Virus record (IMG/VR): IMGVR_UViG_3300045988_080512
Span: 1 to 31,481 of that record
Origin: a virus
DNA: 31,481 bases
Direction: 5' to 3' (one strand)
In this document: positions 9,476-17,712 of the stretch, one piece after another
Position numbering within the stretch: position 1 is the first letter of the stretch
How the letters are laid out: every line of letters starts with the position of its first letter
The notes under the pieces: model-generated
The model's input: the letters and a program-made list of their open reading frames with translations, nothing else
The model's database searches: none
Told to the model about the DNA's origin: nothing
Position numbers and translations under genes: made by a program

Positions 9476-10390
9476 TTAACTATATGATAAAGTTCAACCT
9501 TTTGCTACTGTATTAGCTATTTGATCTTCTGTTAGTGAATCATAAACAGTCTTATTAAATACTATCGCAGGATTTTTACCTGGATCTGTATATAACCCAT
9601 CTATAATATTATTTACTGATTGTGAAGTTAACGATGGCAATCCTCCTAAATGTAAAGTATATGTTCTCATAGTTACTCCTTGCCCAATATTTGTAAATCC
9701 TCCAATATCTGTTAATAGTGTAAAATCTTTATCATTAGTATTACGCTCATCATCGGTTCCAAATAAATCAGTAAATGATGATCAATTACTTGCATCATAT
9801 TGTGGTACAGTTTTTAACCTATAACAGTATCTAAACATTTCATTTACCATAACTTTATTAGTTGTTGTAAATGTTATTTCTGGGGCAGATTCAAGATTAA
9901 TAGAATATCTAAATAAACCATAACAATCTACAGCATTAGATAGATTTAATGGTTCTATAGAAGTTGCTCTAATTCCTGATAAAGCTCCCATCATACGAGT
10001 TTTTCCAGTAAATATAGAAGGCAGTATATATGTTAATTGACTACATCCAGCAAATAAATAATATAGATCTGTATCCGTATTTTCAGATAAATACTTTTCA
10101 GCATCTATAGATGTTACTAAGCTATTTTGTAGAGTTGAGGTAGCTCTAAAAATAGATTTTTTTGGATTACTAGACTCTGGGATAATATACCAACTTGTAA
10201 CATTAGGATTATTACATTCATTAATAATAGTATTTTCACTACCAAAATATTGTCTAGATATTGACTTCCTAAATGCCTCATCTTCAAATTGAATTACTGG
10301 ACAAGGCCAGACTTTGGTACTGCCAACATAAATAGCAGTACCTTGTCTGTCACCTACATAAAATGTTTTTAAATCATCTCTAATATTCAT
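9476..10390 (-). CDS. LRR/DUF285-like receptor-binding protein, paralog 2 (304 aa)
   Basis: Track ORF 9782..10390 extended through TGAs 9782 and 9494 to TAA 9476-9478. Repeats of the type YLFAGCSQLTYI / GLFRYSINLESAPEI / EMFRYCYRLKTVP. C-terminus: ...VYDSLTEDQIANTVAKG-W-TLSYS. Confidence 0.75.
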
Positions 10391-10391
10391 A

Positions 10392-13004
10392 CTATTCTAC
10401 AATTAAATATTGAGTATTTGGATCTTTACTTGAAATAGCATCATATTCAGACTGAGTTACCACAAGAATAGTATGAACTTGTGGTTGAGTTCCACTTCCA
10501 TAAGTAACTGGATTAGAAACACTCTCAATATCTATATTTCCACTACCTAACAAGCTTTCTCCATTAACTGTCTTGATATTTGTTCCGCTAACTAAAGAGT
10601 CTTGTTTATTTCCTAATCCCGCATTTAATTCAGTTTCTGTAACATATTCATCAGGAATAGAAGTTAAAAAGCCACTATCGTTAGTAAGCTCAGATGTCTT
10701 AGTTGGTATACCTAAATCCTCAAGACTCTTATTACCACTAAGTTCAACAGAATTAATCTGAGGTTTATTTGTTAACTGAGTATAGTCAGTAGTCCCTCCA
10801 CCTCCAGATATTTCAAGATTACCTTCTCCTAAAATACTTTCACCATTAATAGTCTTTATATTAGTACCAGAAACTAGTTGCTCTTGATAACTATGATAAC
10901 TAGTATCTGCTGATACTCCAGTTGGAGTAATAGTAGTTTGAACTACAGTATGATTAGCTGTAGTACTTTCAAAATGGAAAGTAGCTTGAATATTTTCTCC
11001 TGAAACAAAACATACTTCTGGAGCTGCTATATCACCATAACCTAGAATATTTACATAATAAAGCTCAAATGGTGTTTTATTAGCTATAGCATTCTTAACA
11101 GCAGCGAAATCTCCAGAAAGATGAGTAGTGGAATTTATAAATAGAAATGGAATATTAGAACCACTTTCAATTTCTATATTACCTTCTCCAAGTAAAGACT
11201 GACTATTGATTGTTTTGATATTAGTTCCACTTACAAGCAAATCTTGCTTAGTAGCCATCTCTTTATCAAGAGAATCAATCTTATCTCCATCTTCTTCTTG
11301 TTTTGTTTTAATAATTGATATATCTGAAGTATTAGTTGCTACTTGAGTAGATAAAGATTCTACTACAGAAGAATCTGCTTTACCTGCAAGTTCTATTTTT
11401 GTTGCATAATCTCCTACAGGCTGTTTAGTAGCAAGCTGCTCATCAACATAAGTCTTATCTGCTTTACCTGCTAAATCTCCAGAAACCTCTGTTTCAGTTA
11501 CAAAGTTAGAATCATTAGTAAGCTCACTAACTTTAGTTGGAATATCACTCTTTAAAGCATAATCTCCTTTATCTTGTTTTGCATCAATCTTACTTTGTAA
11601 AGAAGATCTTAGAGTCTCAATTTCCTCATTAACTGAATCGTTAGTTGCATAATCACCAACTGGTTGGTATCCAGATAAATCTACAGATAACTGAGTCTTA
11701 TCTCCATTAAAAGCTAATGGAGCTTGAGGAGCAAATACTCCTTGTTTTTCCTCAAGTTTGGCATCTACTTCTTCTTTAGTATATCCTTTATTAGTAAGAT
11801 CAACCTCAGTAACTTTAACAGTCATATTACCATTATTTACTAAGATTGCATTAATAACTACTAATACACCATTATCTTGGAAATAATAGCCATATAAATC
11901 AATAGTTTCGGGATGCTCAATAGTTGCAACAGGAATAACTATAATATCACCTTTATATGTAATCTGGCAGAATAAATAGAAGTCCAGATTAGTTCTAATA
12001 AAGTCATAGATATGTTTCTGTCTTACAGGATCATTCTCATCTAAATTAAGTAAGAAATGATTCTCAAAAGCAGAGATTACATTATCTATAATAGATATAT
12101 TCTTTCCTGCTGTAAGCGTTTCCTGTTTTGAAGCTATCTCTTTATTAATAGCTGTATTTAAAGCATCAATTTCAGCTTTGGTATATTTATCTGCTAATTG
12201 TGCATATAGAGGACCATTAACAATACCAGCTTGGTTAGTCTCTGTATTATATATTGGAAGTTCAACTGCTTCTCCAGTTTGATTACCAAATACAGGAGCT
12301 AAAGTAACTTTAGATGGGACTGATTGAATATTAATGGCAGGTACGATTGAAGCTGCTCCAGATAATTCAGTTCCATTTAAAGATGGTTTGTTACGAATAG
12401 TATTATAATCTGCAGAAATAGTATTCTCTTCAATTACTATACCATCACCTTGGTTTAATTTATTCTGTTTAGAATTTAATGCACTTTCAGTAGCTTCTTT
12501 TGTAAGATAATTATCTTCAACTCATTTTTCAGTAGCATATCCATCTAAGCTACTAATAAACCCACTATCATTAGTTAATTGTGAAGTTTTTGTTGGTATC
12601 TCAGATTTATCGGCTTTATTGGCAACTGCATCTGAAATTTCAGTTGTAACCTCTTCTTTAGTTGGATAATCAGCTAATCGTTCAGTTATCTGATTATCAA
12701 TATTTTCAGCACTTGGAATAGTACTCTTTATTTGCTCTAACTCAGAATTAATAGTAACAATATCTTCAGATGACGCTAATCCCAACTCTTCCGAAGTCAT
12801 ATTACCATTTAACTCAATACTATTGATCTCAGGTTTATCCTGAAGATCAAAATAGCTATTAGTAGCTAACTGAGAACCATCCATAACCTTAACTTCATCA
12901 TCCTTGTCAATAACAATAACTTTAGTCACATTTGACTTATCTATTGTTTCGACTTCAAGGATATTAAGATAAGGAAGAATTGTCTTTTCAGTTTCGTTTG
13001 CCAT
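10392..13004 (-). CDS. large tail fiber protein (870 aa)
   Basis: Track ORFs 12522..13004 and 10392..11825 share a frame. The 232 codons between them (11826-12521) contain no stop and no ATG, and the only break is TGA 12522. Ends in TAG. Repeated motifs: NKPxINSxELxGN, TK(T/V)S(E/Q)LTNDS(G/N)F, LVSGTNIKT(I/V)N. Confidence 0.75.
10524..11237 (-). repeat. three in-gene copies of a 24-aa fiber repeat (LVSGTNIKT[IV]N[GS][EQ]S[LI]LG[ES]GN[IL][ED]I)
   Basis: The copies are encoded at 11166..11237, 10806..10877 and 10524..10595 inside the large fiber gene. Read directly from the translation. Confidence 0.7.
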
Positions 13005-13005
13005 A

Positions 13006-13227
13006 TTATTTATTTTTATAAGATTCCTCTTGTTCTTTTAAATATCTTTCATTTGTTTCTGCATCAATAACCCTATAAATAGATATATCAAAGGTTAAAG
13101 GGCAATATAAAATAGTTGATGCACTATACTCTTTAATATCATCACCTTCTTTATATGAGGTAATAAAATATCCTTCATCAGAGTATAACTTTATAAATAT
13201 GCTAGTTTCAATATGTAAATGTTCCAT
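13006..13227 (-). CDS. small conserved protein, paralog of 9237..9473
   Basis: 73 aa, ending in TAA. Its ATG overlaps the upstream TAA (TAATG at 13225-13229). See 9237..9473 for the alignment. Confidence 0.55.
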   Translation of the reverse strand: MEHLHIETSIFIKLYSDEGYFITSYKEGDDIKEYSASTILYCPLTFDISIYRVIDAETNERYLKEQEESYKNK

Positions 13228-14180
13228 TATGCTAATATCCAGTTTTTATTAGTAGCTATTGCTTTCTGTTCATCTGATAATTTTGCCAGATTGGTAGCTC
13301 CTAATGTTAAAGTTTTGCTATTCTCCCCTGTTAAATCAACTAATGCATTAATAACAGACATTAAAGAATCAGTAGTAAGATTGGTACTTGCTGATAGATA
13401 TAATCCTGCTCTAAGCTCACCGTTTACTGTAAGATTAGTAATTCCACTACATTTTGAAAATATAGGATTCATTGAAATTTCTTGAGATGTGTATGATGGA
13501 ATGTTTAATGTTACATCTGTTAATCTAATGCAATCTCCAAACATATTAGTAGTAGTTACTAATTTAGGAGCGTCTAAATTAAGTGTTTTCAGGCTATTAT
13601 ATCCAGGTAAGGTACCTCTGCTAAACATATTAGACCCATCTGTTAATTCAGGCATTGGAATAGTGAATGATGTTAAATCAGCACATTCTGTAAACATATG
13701 TCTGCCATCTTCTAATTTAGGCAATTGCATAGTGAACTCCTTAATTTTTGATCTTTGACATTTATATCTTCCATCAACTAAATTTTCTCAACCTACAACA
13801 TTTGCAGGAACAGACGTTCCAGTAAACCTATATAAATTAACTACAGCTTGCGTAATATCATAAGTTGAAGAAGTTGGCACATTAATAGTAGCTTCAACTT
13901 TCTCCATAACATCATAATCTGGATCAGGTAAAATATCTATTAATCCATTAGATGTAATTGTAATCTCTTTAGTAGCTTGTACTGTAGGAACAACAACATC
14001 AACAGATACATTTACTTTCGACATACCATCATAACCCTCATCTGGAGTTACAACGAACTCAGCATTCTGAGTATATTCTACAGATTTCTCCTGTAATTTA
14101 CATTCTTGAGCAGCTAAAGCTTCAATATCTCTTGAAGTTGTATTCTTTGCTACTTCTGGTGTTGTATATTTAATAGCCAT
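13227..14180 (-). CDS. LRR/DUF285-like receptor-binding protein, paralog 1 (317 aa)
   Basis: Track ORFs 13788..14180 and 13227..13730 share a frame and are joined through TGA 13788 (...PANVVG-W-ENLVDGRYK...). Repeats: HMFTECADLTSFTI / NMFSRGTLPGYNSLKTLNL / NMFGDCIRLTDVTL. C-terminus ...ATNKNWILA has its Trp encoded by TGG. Confidence 0.75.
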
Positions 14181-14226
14181 TTTCTATAAAATATAAATAG
14201 TTAATTATCTGTCCATAAACAAAATA

Positions 14227-14254
14227 AGGGGCAAGTAAATTAATACTCGCCCCT
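14227..14254 (-). terminator. rho-independent terminator after the capsid operon
   Basis: On the minus strand: AGGGGCGAGT-ATTAATTT-ACTTGCCCCT (GC-rich stem, one mismatch) followed by TATTTTGTTT. It lies in the 83-nt gap between 14264 (gene end) and 14180 (next start). Confidence 0.7.
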
Positions 14255-14263
14255 CTTCTGTTG

Positions 14264-14788
14264 TTAAGCACCTACAACACTTTGAATAGCTTCAGCACTC
14301 AACTCATAAGGATATGATTCAGAGTCAGTAGCTAAAGTCAGCGTATAAGCGTTCTGATCACCTTTTGCAGTACCAGTAACACCCGTACCAGCGGAAGCGC
14401 TTACATAGTCATCTTTTCCTAAGAACCAGTATTTGCCATTAGAATCTTCTACAACAACTACAAGTTGTCCAATAGAAAGAGCAGCAATCTCGATTCTTTT
14501 CTTAGTCTCCATCTTTGTAAATACAAGAGCAAGCTCATTACTTACATAGTTGGTTCCTGCAGTTTCGTCAACGTTCAATGTTGAGGTTAGAGAACCAGTA
14601 CCTTTGCGGAATTGGTAATTATACCATTCAGCATCTGCCTCAAGAGTAATAGCTGAGATTTGATTAGTCTCATCATCTACAGTTACACTCTTAACATTAT
14701 CGTACTGAGTAATCCATACCTGTTTGATACCACCAAGCGAAGATTCGCAATCCAGGGTAATACCAGCGATAGTTATTAAACAAGCCAT
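14264..14788 (-). CDS. abundant virion structural protein (possible major tail/tube or head decoration protein, 174 aa)
   Basis: ORF ending in TAA, immediately after the MCP gene and immediately before a strong terminator. It is visibly more G/C-rich than its surroundings and has no TGA. Family not recognised with certainty. Confidence 0.55.
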   Translation of the reverse strand: MACLITIAGITLDCESSLGGIKQVWITQYDNVKSVTVDDETNQISAITLEADAEWYNYQFRKGTGSLTSTLNVDETAGTNYVSNELALVFTKMETKKRIEIAALSIGQLVVVVEDSNGKYWFLGKDDYVSASAGTGVTGTAKGDQNAYTLTLATDSESYPYELSAEAIQSVVGA

Positions 14789-14826
14789 ATAATTTCAATC
14801 TTATTTAAAGTTAAACTCTATTGAAA

Positions 14827-15729
14827 TTAGGCTTTGGCACCAAGAACTACCTCATCAGGGAATGCAACCTGTACGCCAGCGTTAAATTCAATAGCTAATC
14901 TAAATTCGCGGAAATCTTGTGAATACCACAATTCAAACTTCTCTTCATCGTTCATCATATCGCAACCATAGAAGAAGTTCTTATCTAACTGACCAGCAAC
15001 AATCTTATCAGTTCCATTAAGACCATTAACAGCGATTACTTTAACCTGCGAACCAGGAAGCATAATCTCACCATTAAGATTCTCACCACTATAGTGGTAG
15101 TAGTTCTTAGCAACTAACTCCTGGATAAATTTACGGAAAGTATCACTGCCAACTAAGATAGAAGCACCATCCAGAACCTTCTCAGGAATAGCGTTATAAA
15201 CAGCCATAATGTCATCATAAGCAGATGCTCCAGTAATTGTTACATCAACAACACCATCAGCAGCACCAAGGATCTTTAACAGACCATCAAAATACTTCAG
15301 GTTATTTGTTTCAGAAGTAGTATCACCCTGCCAAATAGCAGTCTCAATAGCAGCCTTAACATTCTCAACTACTGCATTTACGAAATCCTCTTCAAAAGGA
15401 AGCGTCTTCTGACCAGCAGCTACTCGTACTTGATACTGAGTCCAGTATTTAAGCATCTCTTTATCACAATATGCCATATTGATCTTAATATTACCAGTAG
15501 CCAGAATTCTCTGAGAAAGAGTCTGAGTTCCAGCTTCATCCCAACCACAAGCTAGGCCATCGCCAAACTGAATAGCAGTTGATAACAGGTTAAGAGCAGC
15601 ACTAGTTTTGATGTCAGTTTGAAGATTGAACAACGAAGCACTCTTAGCCTTTAATACAGCCTCTTTTATCAATGGAAGCCTGCGCTGTTCTACGTAACTA
15701 GTTAAACTCGTCATTACGGGGTTTGCCAT
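14827..15729 (-). CDS. major capsid protein (HK97-fold type, 300 aa)
   Basis: Follows the protease and scaffold genes. The sequence (MANPVMTSLTSYVEQRRLPLIKEAVLKAKS...FELWYSQDFREFRLAIEFNAGVQVAFPDEVV) has the layout of small HK97-like MCPs. Visibly higher G/C than surroundings. 4 Trp, all TGG; no TGA. Confidence 0.75.
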   Translation of the reverse strand: MANPVMTSLTSYVEQRRLPLIKEAVLKAKSASLFNLQTDIKTSAALNLLSTAIQFGDGLACGWDEAGTQTLSQRILATGNIKINMAYCDKEMLKYWTQYQVRVAAGQKTLPFEEDFVNAVVENVKAAIETAIWQGDTTSETNNLKYFDGLLKILGAADGVVDVTITGASAYDDIMAVYNAIPEKVLDGASILVGSDTFRKFIQELVAKNYYHYSGENLNGEIMLPGSQVKVIAVNGLNGTDKIVAGQLDKNFFYGCDMMNDEEKFELWYSQDFREFRLAIEFNAGVQVAFPDEVVLGAKA

Positions 15730-15743
15730 ACTTAAAAATTTTT

Positions 15744-16382
15744 TTAATTGTTATACTTAAATATTTTACCTTTATGCTGTTTATATTTTCCGTTTAATAC
15801 TCTAAGAATAGAGCTTTTACAGTATCCATCTAAAACAGCATTTTTAATTGAAGGATAAGTTTTAATTATATTTCCTTCTAAATCTAGCATAATGATTGAT
15901 TTAGTACCTTTATTTATATGAGATTCAGACATCCTTTTTCTTGTCTCTGAAGTAAACTCTCTATTTATAGCTATATTTTTAAGTCTTTCTGTAGTTTCAG
16001 CATTATATACTCCCGTTTTGTGTTTATTTCAGGGATTACGACCTTTGCAAGATTCTGATATTTTAATAGCTATTTCTGGAGTCATTCCTCCATAACCTCC
16101 TGGTTTAAGATTTAAACATCTCTTATCGGTGTTATAACAATCGCCTATAATATCAGCTTCTCTTAAAGCATTATCTTTTGAAGAATCATTAAATTCAATT
16201 ATAACTTTTCTGTAAGTAACATCTTTAATCTTGCCATATTTACTATAGTAATTAGTAAGAATAGTGCCACTTCCTGCATAGCTATTATTAAATGGATCTT
16301 CATCAGTACTATGCTTGCCTATATAGTAAGTGTTTTCCCATCCAGGCATTAAAGGCTGAATTTCATAAATATAATGGTACAT
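15744..16382 (-). CDS. GIY-YIG homing endonuclease with NUMOD3 repeats (212 aa), inserted between scaffold and MCP
   Basis: Track ORFs 16029..16382 and 15744..15932 share a frame and are joined through TGA 16029 (...CKGRNP-W-NKHKTGVYNAETTERLKNIAINREFTSETRKRMSESHINKG...). N-terminus: YHYIYEI...YYIGKH. Its ATG overlaps the scaffold TAA (TAATG at 16380-16384). Confidence 0.8.
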
Positions 16383-16993
16383 TACTCAAACATTCCTTGG
16401 ATATTTTTAAGCTTTTTATCAATAACAGGATTACCAGTCATTATTGAAGCTTTGCCTTCTATCTGTTCCTCAGCTGAAAATGCAGCACTCATTTTGCTCA
16501 TCTTTTCAACCGTCTTTTCTGTAGCTTCAGATTTACCCTCTAATTCAGCTACTTTCTTAACAAGCTTATCAACAATGTCATAAAGCTCATTAATTTCGCG
16601 ATGAATTGCATCAATTGCATCAGTTACAGTTTCTTTGTCACCATCAGTAGCTACTTCAGGATCAACTGGCTCTTCAGCAGTTTCTACCTTGCGTTTTCCA
16701 CAAGCAGCATCAACTTCTGCTTTAGCTGCTTCTTCTGGATCAACCTCAGCTTTAGGATCAGTTACAGACTCTACTTTACCGTCTTTAACAACAATCGTCT
16801 TTCCATCCTCAGTTACATACTCACCATCCTCAGCAGGTTTGTATTCTCCGTTCTCATCCTGAACATATACATCCATACCAGCGCGTAAGTCTTCATCTGA
16901 ATCCCAAGTAAGTACTGCCTTATCAGTTTTAATATCACTGAACTTTGCAAGCATTTTAGCCAATTCAAGCTTGATTCTTGTGAATTTGCTCAT
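16382..16993 (-). CDS. scaffolding protein (203 aa)
   Basis: Acidic, Lys/Glu-rich, with helical heptad-like stretches (HREINELYDIVDKLVKKVAELEGKSEATEKTVEKM). Lies between the protease and the MCP. No TGA. Confidence 0.6.
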   Translation of the reverse strand: MSKFTRIKLELAKMLAKFSDIKTDKAVLTWDSDEDLRAGMDVYVQDENGEYKPAEDGEYVTEDGKTIVVKDGKVESVTDPKAEVDPEEAAKAEVDAACGKRKVETAEEPVDPEVATDGDKETVTDAIDAIHREINELYDIVDKLVKKVAELEGKSEATEKTVEKMSKMSAAFSAEEQIEGKASIMTGNPVIDKKLKNIQGMFE

Positions 16994-17006
16994 TTAATTA
17001 ATAATT

Positions 17007-17600
17007 TTAATGTTTAACTCTTTTTATCTTCTTAATCATATTAAGGATCTCTTTTATTTCGTCATATTCATCAGACTTTCTCTCTAAAGTAAATAAACCT
17101 TCAATTGAGAACCCTTTAAACTTACCAGCTTTAATTGCATCTCAAATAACTTGATTATCTACTTTATAAGTGGCAAATAAAGAACCATCAGGAACATCCT
17201 GGAATTCAACTGGAGATATTCCTCTATTAATATCCTTTACATAGATTTCTTGTAGAGTAATTCCATTTAAATCAGAATCTTCTAAATGTTCAATATTTAC
17301 ATCTGTAGTTCTCTTATCATACAGCATCTTCTCTGCCATTTTACGAAGAGTTTCCTTATCATACTGTATGTAGTATTCTCCGAGTTTCTCATCTCGTCTG
17401 AAAATTGGAGTATCACTTAACATTAAGCAAGATGTTACTAAATGCTTATCTTCATCCATCGAGAACTTCTGAGAATTACTAAAAGCAACCCAGTTAACTT
17501 GTGTAGCTGGTTTACTTGTTAAAGCAACATATTCTATTCCATCACAATCATCAGTAATCACTGCCTGAAATAATGGAAGATCATTATAAGTAATTTCCAT
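17007..17600 (-). CDS. XkdF-like putative prohead protease (197 aa)
   Basis: Track ORF 17142..17600 extended through TGA 17142 to TAA 17007-17009. The junction reads ...ATYKVDNQVI-W-DAIKAGKFKGFSIEGLF..., the conserved W..ik.G...GfSieG block of the XkdF family as I recall it. Confidence 0.6.
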
Positions 17601-17652
17601 TTTTATTAATATATAGCACTTTATAAATTTGTAATATTTTTAGAATATCTAA

Positions 17653-17702
17653 TGTAACCTTTTTACTCATATTTTGTAGTTAATAAGAATAAAAAAGTTA
17701 CA
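17653..17702 (-). repeat. 50-nt conserved hairpin element, copy B (matches 26581..26630 when read on the minus strand)
   Basis: Minus-strand reading: TGTAACTTTTTTAT-TCTTATTAACTACA-AAATATGAGTAAAAAGGTTACA. The flanks (14 nt and 22 nt) are identical to copy A and the central 14 nt diverge. It lies in the 112-nt gap between 17713 and 17600. Confidence 0.6.
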
Positions 17703-17712
17703 CTAAATATTT

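Noticed and set aside
14790-14829. Perfect 10-bp inverted repeat TAATTTCAAT...ATTGAAATTA between the MCP stop and the next start.
   Set aside because: The stem is almost entirely A/T and the loop is 20 nt, so predicted stability is low. Such repeats are expected by chance at this base composition.
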